This document shows positions 1 to 13,683 of a stretch of 64,000 bases of DNA, one piece after another. Below the pieces are notes generated by a model. The model made no database searches and was not told the DNA's origin. It saw only the letters and a list, made by a program, of their open reading frames with translations. Position 1 is the first letter of the stretch; each line of letters opens with the position of its first letter. This stretch comes from Spizellomyces punctatus DAOM BR117 (taxonomy: Eukaryota): the NCBI GenBank assembly GCA_000182565.2, contig KQ257468.1, one strand, 5' to 3'. A program made the position numbers and the translations under genes.

Positions 1-903
1 CGAGAATCCAGCGTAATTGTCAGTTGCCTCCACACTGGCAACGACTTTGGCTTTTCCGATATAATCTTTCTTGTCAGAGTTCTTGACTTTGCCCTTTGGA
101 GGTCTGTAAATGAGGTCTGGCGGGAGGGCATAGGGGCCGAGGTATTCTGGAGCCCTCTCACCCATTTTGAGGGCTTCGTCCATATTTCCGAGGTCTTCTT
201 GGGAATCTGATGGGGAGGGCCGGGAGCGGACAGCGTCGTCAAAATCTCTGTAGGCTTCGTTGGCTTGACCCATTGCTGCGAGACAGAGACCCCGATTGAA
301 GGAGACTTTGGCCGAGTAGAGTTTGTAAGGGAGTCCGAGTTGGGCATAGTCTATAAACTGGTTTCCTCGAAGGTACTAGAGAGCGGGACGAATACAATGA
401 GTAACAGTCCACGTAATGTGAAACCCAAGATTCCGGCTCGCCATCTTTTGGCAGCCAGAAACCCGCATTAACCCTAACTCTATCTGTAACCCCCAAAACC
501 TGAACCTTCAAATTAGTCATCCACAACACTCACCGTCAGGGCGTCGTTAAAGTCGGCAAGACTGTCGTTGAGAGCATTTGAATTGTAAAGACAGACTCCG
601 CGCATAAAGTAAGCGACTGCCAAAAACGGGTCACAAGCGACCGACCGAGTCAGCGCAGCAATCTGGCAAAATTCCAAATTCATAATGAGCATTCCACTCA
701 ATACAACACACATTCTTTTGCAAATTCGCAATACGTACAGCCTCGTCAAGCAGTCCCATATTTACAAACGTCATTGCAATATTAAAGTGAATCTTGCTCG
801 TGTCTGCAATCTGCTCGAAAGCGCGGAGTGCTCCGTCAAAGTCTCCATTCTCGTATGCCTCCACGCCCACCACCCACTGCGTGAGTTCCACCTTGAGAGC
901 CAT
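1..903 (-). CDS. noxR: NADPH oxidase regulator NoxR (p67phox-like, TPR), 3' end runs off the window
   Basis: Exons ~903-739, 662-534, 375-<1 give MALKVELTQWVVGVEAYENGDFDGALRAFEQIADTSKIHFNIAM..., AVAYFMRGVC..., YLRGNQFIDYAQLGLPYKLY...FNRGLC, and KDYIGKAKVVASVEATDNYAGF. All match the fungal NoxR/p67phox TPR region. Confidence 0.9.
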
Positions 904-3900
904 CAACGGATGGACAAGGACAATGGGAGAACGAGAAGAAAGGTATCCACTGTATATAACAGAAATATATAAAAAAAGGAAAAAAGCCGATGGAAAGGAA
1001 ATGACCAATTGCCAACTCAACAAATACTAAAATAACCGTGGGAAAAAAATGCCCAGAACCTGCAGTTGGAAAATAAGTTTGGAAGCCGTTTTGGAATGAA
1101 ACACAAATCATGTGACACGAGAGACGGCTACGGCAAGTGGCAAATGGGAAGAAGGCTCTAGACACGGGGGAGACAGTGTTTCAGATGATGGTTTCACATG
1201 TATACACAATGTGTCATTCAGTGTCCGCGGATTTAAGCGCAAGTTTATGGAATATCAACTGCTTTTATTCAACGGAGACTTGCGAGGGGGGACATTGATG
1301 GGATTGTTAGTTGCATTGTATGAGAATGATTGTTACTGACTGTTATTTAGTATCGGAATGCACCGAGCATTGAGCGGAGGAATGAAGCAATGTCAAGTAA
1401 CAAAGTGTGCTTTGTAGGTCTAGGCACATTCTGTTTGAGTTCCAAACGTTGACCACGGACAGAAGCGCATCTAGAAACAACATGACAGGATATCACTCAC
1501 TTTGCACATGGCACACACACATGAAGGCAATACATGTATCCATTAGCTTTTAGTCAAGCAGCATTCCATTGACCAAGTCTTAATTACTCATATCCAAAAT
1601 GTACACATTCGCATCCAATATCCCTTGAGCATGTGTATCCCTTGAACATTTCCCTTGAGGATAGGTATCCACGTCCAATCACATGGGAAATTGACCGTTG
1701 CATCCCGTAGATGTATATTGGGATAAAGGATCTAAAGGGACAAGAGGAGGGGCATGATCCCAATCGATTCCAAATCCAGATGAACATTGGGTTCGATGAA
1801 ATTGCTGTTTGTTAGAAAGCATCGTGAAACAAGTTGCAAAAGCGTATCTCAAGTACTTTCCAGCAACGTATCAAAAACAAAAGATTGCTTACACACGAAT
1901 GCTATTCCCTAGCTCCATCAAGCGAGGATTCCATCACCAACCTTCTGGAACCACACACACACAGCCACTTGAACACGCGCATGATGCTATTGGTCAAAAC
2001 CCACATCACATGGACCCACATGCCATTTTTCTTCCTATATAAACCCCTCTGATCACATTTCTTTTTCCAATCAACTCATTTCAAAAGGCCCGTTTATTGT
2101 GGAGAGTTTGCGAAATATATATGGCATATCTTCTCCCTACCACGGATGGAATAAACCTGAGATTGAATATAAAGCGTCTCCCAGCTGGAAAGGATTCTTT
2201 TTTTCAGTGGAATTTTGTTATTTCCTTACCAGGAGACGCACAGCTTTTTATTGCAACCCACTATGTGGACATTGGAATACTCTAAGCCGATGGGTCATTA
2301 TGAATTTGGATGGAAATGTTGCTGAATGCTTGCATCTGCCCTTTTGCAATAATGGTCATGATCCAAGTCTTTTGAATCCATTCCCATGCATAGTGTGGAG
2401 GCGATTGAAAATGGCACTGTGACCCATTATTATCCGGATCAATCCGGTTAATCATATCGCATATTCAGAACCCCCTTCTATCGCTCAGATTGGTGTGGCA
2501 TGCATGTAATGTTTTTTTTTTTAAACTGCGGTGAGGCGCATGCCAAAGGTCTATAAAAGGGGGGCCTTTTCCCTCTTTCCTCTTTACCCATCCTCGACTC
2601 GAAGCATCTGCGCAACGCTCATTGCGACCCACATTGCAACCTCATAGCGACCCACACAACCTCATCGCGACTCGGTCAACCATGAGAACGCCGATGTGGT
2701 GGTGTCGAGGACCTCGACCGCCCGACAGCAACCGTGACCAGAACCAGTGGCAACCAATCGGATCTGATAACAAAACCTACTATTATGCTGCCACATTAGT
2801 TGAGCTTGGTTGGTATGTATCGATGGCATTTCTTGCATTTCTTGTCATCGGGTCATCTTCTGACATGCAGTTTTTTTCTCTAGTCTCCAAGCCTTGTCAC
2901 TGAACATCCTCCAGCTTGCGAGTCTCCCCAATGTTGCGAAGACTCTGGCTTCAATGCCATCAAGAGTTCTGGATCAAGGCCTAGTAGGGACCGTGTGTGG
3001 TGGTGGGCAGTTATCCGGTTAGAACCAACCGTTACGTATTGCGTGTATAATTGCCTAGTAGTAGCTTAGTTAGCTTTTCCGAACCGGTTGTCGCCGGTTT
3101 ATTCCCTGGTGTAGTAGCTAGTGCCAGTTTCTGTCACATCTACACTATCGCATTGAACTCGTTTGAATGAACGATACGCAGAAATGAAGGAAACACGTGA
3201 CACTTCACATGATCCGCCACCACAGCCACATTCGACTTTTCTTTAAATACGGGCGATCAACTTTAGTTTTTGTTTTTACGCGGAATTTGGGATTTGCTCA
3301 ACCAGAATTGCCAGTGTAGGTCCAATGGGCATTGAATTCCCGCGTAGAGTCGACGAGGGGCCAAAAGTAATCCGCTGTATGTATTTTGGTGGTCAGTGTG
3401 ATAGTCACGGTCCCGATATTTTACGTTACAAAAGTTTTTTTCGCATTTGGGGCATGATTGTGTTTTTTGATTTGTCGTTGTTGTGAAGATGTGAGGTGGG
3501 TTGTGTGGAGTTGTTACTAATGGTGATGAGTTTGAAAGCAACGCAGACAAGTGATGATGCTTTGCGATGTTGCGAATGGACTATGTATTTATCGAAAATG
3601 CCAACTTACGCAACCTTTTGGCTTTTCTGGTAATACGTACCGTTCATTATGGGTATTCGTTACGCGGTATGGCCAAGATAAATGCACGCTCCGTGTGCTT
3701 TATAACGTATGGTTCATAATGAAGTTGTGTCGCTTAATGATGGGGATTGTTTGCATTTTGAGTGTGCTTCAAATGTTTTCTTGACAGCATGCAGGTGCAT
3801 GCTGTTGGGCATTAGATTTTGGGGCAGTAAGGCTTTTGGCATTTGGTCAACTCTTGAATATCAAGCAATGGTCTTGTGGGTATTCCTCAACGATCATACA

Positions 3901-4150
3901 TGGACAGACAAGCAGGGACTGATTATTCACCTTTGTGGATTTCTCAAGTATTGCTATGTGTATGTTTATATTCACTACCTATTTGATATATACGTTCTGG
4001 TGTCAGGTTCTTTTTTTCTATCCAATATTTTACTCCAACGCTATAAATCAAACACTAGATAAACAAAAGCCGTTATAAACAAACCACCTAGCTCGGACCT
4101 CAATAAAAAAAACCGCTTTTTCCAAAAACTCTTCTTTTGAACTCTGACGC

Positions 4151-7100
4151 TTAGGTCTTGCCCGCACACAACACCTGAATCTTTTCAAAAAGCTCCTCCT
4201 TATCATACGGCTTCACAACCCACTCATCCATACCAACCTGCATAGCTCGTTCCAAATACGCTCCTCTGGCATTCCCAGTAACAGCAACAATGGGTACCCT
4301 CCCAACAAGGACCCCCTCCTTTTCCCAAGCCCGAATCCGTTCGGCAGCACCTAGTCCATCCAAAATAGGCATTTCGAGATCCATGAGAATGATATCGTAT
4401 GTGGTTTGCCGGAGCATGTCGAGGGCTTCTTGGCCGTTATTGGCGATATGGGATGTATGGCCTTGACGATCTAGATGGCGTTTTAGGACTTTTTGGTTCA
4501 CGAGGTTATCTTCTACTATAAGGATTTTGTAAACGTTTTTGCTAGTATCGAGTCGTGGTGGTTTTGTTGTTGTTGTTGTTGTTGATGGTGTACATTGTCG
4601 GACGAGAACTGTAAATGTCCATTCTGTATTGGAGGGGTTGGAAAGCACCGTCATGGTCCCACCCATGAGTTCCACGATACGTTTCGAGACGAATAGACTT
4701 AGATTTGGGGAATTGTAGTCTGTGTAGGTTTTATGGGTTGTTGGGAGCGTAAGGTGGTTTCGTGTTGGTGTTGTTTCGACGAGTTTGTAGATTAGGTAGA
4801 GTGTATTATCGAGGTTGGATGTGTCGATGGTGACGGTAATGTGTTTTGTGTGGGCGGTTTCGAGAGAAACGAGGGCGTTGGAGATTAGGTTCATGAGAAC
4901 TTGGGAGATACGCATTGGATCTCCCGTAACGTTTTCCAGAGTGTTTTTGATATGAATCTCCCATTGAATGTTTTTGGTTTTCATTTCGTTTACGAGTTCC
5001 ATGTGGGGGTCGAAACGGGTGTTGGTTAATACGAGGAGGTCAAAACCTAATTTGGAGACGTTGAGAACGTCGTCTGCGATTTTTTTTTGGTGGCGGGCGC
5101 AGAGTGTTATTGTTTTTGTTGCTTCGAGGTTGTTTGCTAGTTCGGTTTTTAGCCAAGTGTCCTTTTCGTCGTTTTCATTCTCGTCAGTGTCGTGATGAGA
5201 GTGACGAGATGAATCCTCCTCCAATCGCTCCCGTATCCGCTCCAAACTCGCTTGAATCAAATCCGCACTATTATAAATCCCATTCAAAGGATTCCGCCAC
5301 TCATGACAGGCCATATCAATAAACCTTTCCTGCTGTTTCTTGACATGTTCAGCATCTTCTGCTCGTTTGCGTAATTGTCGTTCAACAAGTTGCATGACTT
5401 GATATTTCTCTCGTTCGAGTTTTTTCGTAATGCTTAGATCGGTTATACTGCCTACGGCGCCTAGGACGTCTGTACCATTTTTTTCAATGGTCCATTGAGC
5501 GAGGCACCAGCGTTCTGTACCGTCTGGATAGTTTTTTGCCCAGCGGAATTCCATTTTAAAGGGTGTCCCCTTTGCAAGACTTTTATTCCAACTGGCAATG
5601 ACTTGGTCCTTATCATCGGGATGAATGGACATTAAATGGTGTCGACAGTCGGGATCGAGCGTTTTATCATGTCCAGTGATTTCCCACCATTTGTCGTTGG
5701 TGTATGTAACGGTTCCGTCCACGGTGGTACGGAATATACCCACTGGAGCAAGATTGGCGAGGGTTTTGTACCGGGCTTGACTTTCTGCTAATGATTTGGT
5801 TTGGATGTCGATACGGTTTTGCAGGGATTTACGGAGGTGGCCTAGTTCGAGGTGGGTTGTGATTCTTGCGACGAGTTCTTTGGCGCTAAAGGGTTTGACG
5901 AGGTAGTCGTCTTCATAAACAAAAGAATGTCAACTTTTTCCATCCAAGGGTATTATAAACAAAAAACTCGTTCATTTGTTGTTTTCTTTTTTTTTTTTGA
6001 CTTACCGGCACCTGCATTCAACCCCTCATAAAGTGCCTCAGCACCCGCTCGAGCACTCACCAAAATAACCGGCAAACATCTCGTCTCATTCCGACTCTTT
6101 AGAGCCTTTATCAACTCAAATCCATCCAACCCAGGCATCATCACATCCGATAGAACCAAATCGGGTGGATCGGATAATGCGAGTTGGAGGGCTTGGGTTC
6201 CGTCTTTTGCGTGGGTTACGCGCCAGTTTTGGTGTATTAGGAGTGAGGTGATGTAGGACCTTATATCTGCGTTATCGTCTACCAAGAGGATTCTGGGTCG
6301 ATTTGTTGTGGTTGTGGTTGTGTTGTCGGGTAAAGAGGGCGGAGAAGACTCTTCATCATTCCACGTTTCTAAATCTTGTACAAAAGTCCTCGCAAAACTA
6401 CTAGGCCCGTCTTGTCGTTTCTCAGATTCGATTTGACTTGGTAAATGCTCCCTCCCGACTGGAATCACGACTTGGAACGTACTCCCCTCCCCAAGGACAC
6501 TCGAAACCCTAATACTCCCTCCATGGAGTTTAACGAGTTCATTGGCGAGTGCTAACCCGATTCCAGTTCCTTCTCCGCCACGTCCCTTGTGGTTTTGGAT
6601 TGTGTGGAATCTGTCAAAGAGTTTGGGGAGGTGGTCCGCGGGGATTCCTAGACCTGTGTCGGTTACGGAAAAGTAGATTTGGGTGTCGGTTCGGGTGAGT
6701 GTAATGTGGATCTTGCCTTGAAGGGTATACTTGTATGCATTGCTATTTTAGAAAATACAAGTTTTGTTTTGTTTTTGGTTAACTAGAGTCTTTATCGGCG
6801 GTAATAAAAAACAAATAAAAAAAAACATACCTCACAAGATTAAACACAATCTTCTCCCACAACTCTGCATCGACCCACACACCCCCAACCTCATCACACT
6901 CTACACAAAACTCCAACCCAGCCTTCTCAACAGCAGCCCGAAACACACTCGCCAAATCTCTCGTAAGGCATCCTAAATCCGTTTCACGAAACACACCTTG
7001 CATACCACCCGCTTCAACTTTGGATACATCCAATAGGGAATTCACCATTTTTAATAACCGGGTTCCGTTTTTGGTGATTGCTACTAGGTGGGATTTTAGG

Positions 7101-9207
7101 GGGTCTGGTAAGGGGTTTGAAAGGGCTTGGGCGCTTGTTCCTAGGATTAGGGTCAGTGGTGTTCGGAGCTCGTGGGAGATGGACTGAAAAACTGGGAATG
7201 CGTTTTAGAGTTAGAGTAGGTGTCTGTTTGAAATGTATGTTAAAGGAGACTTACAAGTTGTTTTGGCGTGATCGAGTTCTGCTAGTTTTTTGGCACTAGA
7301 TGGTTGTTTTTTCCATTTCAGGAGTCGTCAACATTTATGCAAAATTAATGTAGATGTGTTGAATACAACGTACCGGGTAACTTGCTCTTCATGAGATCGC
7401 GCACTCGTCAACGACGCACCAAGGTGGCGTACAAGCAACTCTACAAACGTCCTATCCAAAAATAAAGAAACAATAAACACCAAGATTCAAATTACCAAAA
7501 CAAACAATAAACAAACCTATACTCTCCACAAAACCGACTCCGCGCACTCACACCCAACACGACCACCCCTTCACACCGTCCACCACTCCACACAGGGGCA
7601 ACAACAGCCGTTTTGGGTATATCCCCCCACCCCCGTCTAGGCAACGTTTCCCTAATCTCCCCAATCTCAATCACCATCATCTCAGACTTTTGTAAAGCTT
7701 CTTCAAAAGGCCATGGACAGTCTATACCCGGTTGTATTATCTTTGGGGCAGCGATATGGGGGAGGGGTATACCCGCCGTACTAGCGAGTTCGAACCCATT
7801 GTTACTGGATTGGTAAAATAGGGCAAAGGGGAGGTCGTAGGGGTTGGAGGATATGATTGTTGCGGCGGTTTCGTAGACGGTTGTTGTGGTTCGGGTGCTG
7901 GCCAGGTGGGTTGAGAGTTCGCGGAGGGTTCGGAGACGGCGGCTGGCCAGGCAGCGATCTATAAGTTTTTGAATGTTGAGTAAATATGTAACGTAGGTAA
8001 ATACGTAAAATGTTTGTTTACCTGTTGTTTCAAAGGCGGGGTTTAACCAACCCCCAATAGACCCATTTTCTTGTCGAATCGGTATAAAAGACCACTAAAA
8101 TCCCACCCAAAAACCAGAATAAACAAACTAGTGAAAAACAAAAACCCACAAAAACAAAATAAACAAACCGTAAAATACCCCTCCTCTTTAAACCCAAACC
8201 TCTCAACAAACAACCTCTGTTCCGTCACAAAATGCGTTTCCCCATTCCATACTTTACCCACAATGGGTTGTACGATATCGTCCCAGAGTTCTGCCCAGAA
8301 TTCTCGACCAGAGATTCCAAAACCGTGTGGGTGTTTATTTCCAGTGATGGGTACGTATCCGTCATTACTAGAAATTTAAAAACATTTTTGTGAGAAAAGA
8401 ATGCCCATATGTGAGAGGTAGAAACAAAAGGTGTTTTATAAGAATTTTTCTTTCTATATTGCTTTTTTTATTTTTTTTTTTTACGTACTAGATCAAGGTC
8501 ATCTCTTTCCCCCACCAAATCGACATTGGAAACGAACTCGAAAGGACGACACTCAACACTGTCAAAAACGAATTTGGCCAGCTCGACATGGGGCCTAATG
8601 GTGTTTTACTCCAGTCTTTTGTGTACAGGAGGTGAGATGTTTTGCTTTGCGAGGGGTTTAGGAGGCGGAGGGTTGGGAAGATGGGTTGGGATTTGTGGGC
8701 TTCTGGGGTTGGTGGGGGGCTTGTTGGGTGGTGTGTTTGAGTTACGGTGCTTTGGATGCGGTGGGGAGAAGTTTCGACGATTGGTTCTTGTTGATGGTTT
8801 CGTAATGGAAGGTTACTTTCTTGATTGTCAACTTGCTCTTCAAGCCGCATAGCCTCGATATTGTCAACAACCCCCATCACATCCTGTCCATCCCTTCCCT
8901 TCCGTTCATCACATATCTTGTTCTCATCCTTGACCCACCCCCGCACAACAACAACACCCTCCACATCAACCCCCTCAAAAACCACCTCCCCAACCCCCCA
9001 AACCCACAACCCCCGTCTCCCCATCCCACTCCAAAACCACTCTCGAACCCCCTCACGATCGACAAACCCATCGAAAAAACTGTCTTGGAACGTTCCGAGG
9101 GATTTGAGAGCTTGATTTGCGTATAGGATTTCGTGCGTTGGTGAGAGGATTAGGTGCGGGGTGCGTAGTGTTGAGAGGTAGGTCGTTAGAGATGGGAAGG
9201 GTGTCAT
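4151..9207 (-). CDS. Dual hybrid sensor histidine kinase (PAS-like/GAF-HisKA-HATPase-REC-PAS-HisKA-degenerate HATPase-REC), multi-exon
   Basis: DWSKTPLGPMSSWP...FPMSIWWG sensor motif; H-box SHELRTPL (~7160-7185); G1 DTGLGIP and G2 EGTGIGL (~6550-6665); REC1 ILLVDDN...SDVMMPGLDG; PAS with YTNDKWWEITG; second H-box CHEWRNPL; REC2 ILIVEDNLVNQ...MDLEMPILDG...KP. Start ATG at 9207 is inferred. Confidence 0.9.
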
Positions 9208-10209
9208 GGTTTGGATATGTATTGTTTTGTTTTTTTTTGTAACTTTCAAGGTTGGAGGATCTGCAAAAAGACGCTTATAACATCCCACTCAATAAACAAA
9301 AGATACCGATAACCCAAACCTTTTCTATTGATATAAACCTCGTATTTATTTTTCTATTTCCAAGCCTTTAACTTTTCTTTCTTTTTGCTCTTCTTTTTTG
9401 TTGCTTCTCCTCCGTTTCCTCCGCTCCCCCCCTCCACGCCCTCCGCAATAAAAACACCTTTTGTATCGAATACAAAGCAGGGCAGCGGGTTTGAACTGGT
9501 GTTTATGGTTGCAATCACCAAGTAGTCAAATAAGCCATATCATCAAACCTGGTTGACATATGCATTACAATGTTTATTGCTATGTTTTGGTCGATCGACG
9601 ACATTTGATGCGATGGTGCAATGCAACAAAAAAAGAAATGCACAGTCACAAAGCATAACACGGATAAACTTGGGCGTATGAGGGTGTATAAGACGGGAGA
9701 ATGGATTTTATAGTTCCCAGTAGGATGGCTATTGGACATTTGAGATATACAAAAAAGATGGGGGACATCCCCTCGGGTTTTTTACTATTCCCAAAACAAA
9801 ACTTGCCAATAAACGATACGAGTGTTGTGTGCTGCATGGGTGGGTCTAGATTCCCTTTTCCCTTTTCCTTTTTTTGCTAGGTCAAAGCGACATGGGTGTT
9901 CATGTGTGATCGGCTCAGTTTCTGATTGGATTTGACACACAGTTACTTGTATGGCAATTGCTATCGTAACGGGATATTGCCTCATAAACCACGTTTAGGC
10001 AATTTCAACACTTGGCAACTTCACACGTGCATAAAAAGGGCCAATTGCACTGTAAAAATAACCGACGGATTTTGTCATTCCCCATTGCACACAATGCACA
10101 TTGGACATGTTCGTTGCAAAAAGGGGGGAATATATTCGTTCACATATCATGATTCGCAACGACACAAAAGACAACATACTACATGCAAAAACTGACAAAC
10201 ACAAACGAT

Positions 10210-11899
10210 TTAAAAGGCCTTGTGCTCCAACATCATATCATTCTGAGGAGGCAAGCCAACGCAGGCACGGAAAATGTTTTCCATAGCAGCACGCTGCTTG
10301 GCTAACGCGTTCACGACCGGAGTGCCGGGGGGAACCATGGGAGCCTTGAGCATGTAGCTGAGGACAGACAAGACGGCATGGAAAGGAGCGTACTCGGTCA
10401 TGTCGTCCGTCTTGTACTCGATACGCGTCATCAACTCGGTGATGATGGTCAAGTCGAGAATGAGGGGAGACGCAAGAAGCGAGTCCTCACAGACATTGTA
10501 GAGGGAAATCGTGTTGCGACCACTGCACACAAAAAAGTAAGCTCCTTTATCCACTAATGCACAAACCAAAAAAAAATACCTACCCCATGAAAATCTCGCT
10601 CACGTACTCGTCCAGAGCACGCTTACTGTCACCTACAGAGGGACAGTACTTGATGACCACAATGTGGTCAGGGTGCTCGCCCTTCTTGTACAGGATATGG
10701 TTGGCAGCCACCATGTCGTCAACCACATTACTCTTTGAAATCTCCTTGGAACGGAACTGCTGAGGAGCCGACAAGTTCTTTCCGTCATTGTTGCCAAGAT
10801 GGTTGTAACTGGTAATGGCAATGGGCTTGATACCCGCATTGACCAAAAAGTCCACCATGACCGACTTGACCTTTGTCTGGCCACTCTTGAAATCGTCACC
10901 GCCAATGTAGACACGCTCTTGCTCCGCGAGCTGGATGGCACCAGGAACAAAGGTGTTTTGGGGACTGCCGTTCACAAACGGAGTCTTTTCCAGGATACTG
11001 GCGACGGCAAAGATTGTCGAAGGAGCCACTTCTTCATGGCCGTTTTTAATGGATGCCAAAAGGTTCTCGGCCGTGTCATTGACGCCAGGGATGATGCTCG
11101 AGAAGCGCTCCGTGTTGGCGGTCCAGAGGACAATGACCTTGTCAAGACTGTGCAGAGCCTTAAAGTCGCGAATGTCCTTGCGGATCTGCTCCAAATGGTC
11201 TTGCTTGGTACCCTTGAGGACATTGTCCGCACGGTCGCTCTGGTTGGCGGCAATATAGTCGGGGTAGTAAATGGAGGGCAAGGGTTGGAGTCCCTCCATT
11301 TCGTCACGGACTTGACGCTGAAGGTCGTATTCAAGGACCTTTGCGCGCTCCATGGCTTGCGCCAAATTGGCAGAGCTAATGTCCCAACCACCCAACACCA
11401 AGTCATTGGGGTGGACCATGGGAAGGATGTCGCTAAAAGGGATAAAGACATCTTGGCCCTTTTCGTCGGTACCCAACTTGAGGGTGGACGCTTGGGTGAC
11501 AGAGCCGTAATAGTTGGGCGCCTGAACGCCTTCCTTTGTGCGCCAGTGAATGTTGCGGCGGTTCGCAATGATGGAAGCCGTGAGGGTGGAGCCATTGTTA
11601 CCACCCCAGCCGACCATCATGAGACTGTTGACGTTGTTGAATCAGTATATATTTTTCTTAGTAATTCAAAAAAACAGAGACACCTACCCGACACGAGGAA
11701 CGCCGCGAGCGACACGGAATTGATACGTTTTTTCAGTGGGAACGACAGTGATTTTGCCGTCCACCTTGTGAACCTTGGAGTCACGGTAGACATAGGTAGA
11801 TTCAATATGGTCATCCGTGTAGACCACATTGTCTGATTGAACACGGAAAAGCTCCGAGACAGAGCCAGAAGCTTCAAATTGAGTTTGATGGGGAGCCAT
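10210..11899 (-). CDS. INO1: myo-inositol-1-phosphate synthase
   Basis: Three exons with [64 protein letters not shown] and [12 protein letters not shown]. Confidence 0.97.
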
Positions 11900-12397
11900 T
11901 TGTAAAAGAGTAAAAGAGTGATGACTAATTGTCTTTTTAAGCTGTTTTTGGTTTGGGGGTAGTGCGCTTGCCTCCCCTGTGTTGGTTGTGAGACGAGTAG
12001 AGCTGATTTGAGACTATCAAAACAAGAGTGAGATATCCAGTCCCATAACAAGAATAAAGAAGAGAGAATACATACACGTTTTGACGACTGTTCCCCTGTG
12101 GGTAAAAGAGAAAGAAGATGTGTGGTTTGTTCACAACAGAAAGAGATGAGAGAGATGATGAGAAACTAAAAACGAGGGCGGAGAGACAATCCCTCCCCTT
12201 TTTATAGTGAATGGAGCGTGAGAAATAAACGCGTAAAAGATGGGGAACGGGCCGTGCCGCTTTTTGCACAAATTTGCGTGTAAAATGAGAGCCCATGGCG
12301 GGCGCAAGTTGGAAGAGATGGCACTGTGACTGTGAGAAATGTGTATATGGATTCTAGAGAGAGAGAAGAGAGAATCCTTCTAAACCTTCTAAACACA

Positions 12398-12683
12398 CAC
12401 AGAGAGAGAGAGAAGAGACATTCCACACACACACACACACACTCTACGTTCTCTCTCTCACTCTCACACACACATGGCTATATGCAAAATTCTTTAAATC
12501 TCTTTATGGGCCGCTTTCTTACTCACACAAAACTATTTAACCGTAATATTCCCCCATTTTAACCGTTTGTTTTTTCACGCGTTACTTTTTTATTTTACGC
12601 GTATTTCTCTCACTCTCTCACTCACTCTCACATGTGGACAGATTGCATTTTATTATTATTCTCTCTCTCTCTCTCTCTCTCTC
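12398..12683. repeat. Microsatellite cluster (AG)n, (AC)n, (CT)n upstream of INO1
   Basis: agagagagag ~12400, acacacacacacacac ~12425-12442, ctctctctct... 12661-12683. Confidence 0.8.
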
Positions 12684-12765
12684 AACAACAAGAATTACTA
12701 GAAACTAGGAAAAACAAAATGACACTCTAATCAACGTATTCTCTCTATATAATACACACAATCTT

Positions 12766-13683
12766 CTACAACATGGCCAACGCGCCAAAGAGCAATGTGC
12801 CCAATCCAATACCTGCAGCACCATAGAGTTTGCCAGCATTGCTCGTTTGTTGTTGTTGCTGGTTTCCTCCAGTCGTTCCTCCATTCGTTCCTGTGGCTTT
12901 GGGTGCTCCCGTGGTTGTTGGGACAGGAGTCGATCCACCTGCAGGAACAGTCGTGTTCTTTCCAAGGGGTCCATTGTCACCACAATCACGAATGAGACGG
13001 AGGTTGCTAATTTGGAATCGCGCGCCTTCAGGGACAAATGAAGTCAGGGTCCAGTCCTTCAAGTGGACAAAGTCAAACGCGCCCCCAGCCAGGTTCTTTT
13101 TAAAGTCTGCAAATGGAACCACGACGCTCTGCTTTTGGCCGTTGGGGGTAACGTATTTGGTGATGGGAACGTAGTCAGAGTCCGAGTTTCCAGGGACACG
13201 AATCGTACAGTTTTCACTCTTTTGTGTGAGCGTCATGGTGAAGGTGGAACCGACGGGAGCCACCAAATCGTACGCAACCGCAGCAATGTGAGTGAGATCG
13301 TAGCAGGCACCAGCGTCCTAAACAAAGAATTAGAATCTATATCTGCTCATTGGAGACACACACGCGTCAATACTTACAAACTTTGAAAAGAAAAAGTTGT
13401 TGTTGGGAGGAGCATTGGGGCCAGCAACAATCTCCACATATTTGCCCTCGGTATTGATCGTGTACGTCAGATTCGCCTCACTCTTTCCATAGTCTGCACC
13501 CAACAAGTTGAGATCCCGAATGACAGTCTCCCCAGGAAGGGCTCCTGTGCGGTGTACTGAAAAGTCATCCACAAGAATGTCGGGACCACAGTTGATGAAT
13601 TCTGGGACAGTGTGGTTTTGCGCGTAGGTGGTGGTTGCTAGGGACGCAACGAGGAGAGTGACAGCGACCTTGACGTTCATCAT
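12766..13683 (-). CDS. Secreted, probably GPI-anchored protein with a beta-sandwich (CBM11/galactose-binding-like) domain
   Basis: Signal peptide MMNVKVAVTLLVASLATTTYA. Two exons join ...NFFFSKF|DAGACYDLT.... Contains VVVPFADF...DFVHLKDWTL...FQISNLRL, a T/G/P-rich linker and a C-terminal hydrophobic tail (SNAGKLYGAAGIGLGTLLFGALAML). The domain identity is an inference. Confidence 0.7.

Noticed and set aside
2552-3021. TATA box, short direct repeats (gcgacccaca) and a possible two-exon ~90-aa ORF
   Set aside because: No recognisable domain; could be an orphan gene or repeat remnant, but support is insufficient.
10799-11836. 345-aa plus-strand ORF
   Set aside because: Antisense shadow of the strongly codon-biased INO1 gene; no independent motifs.
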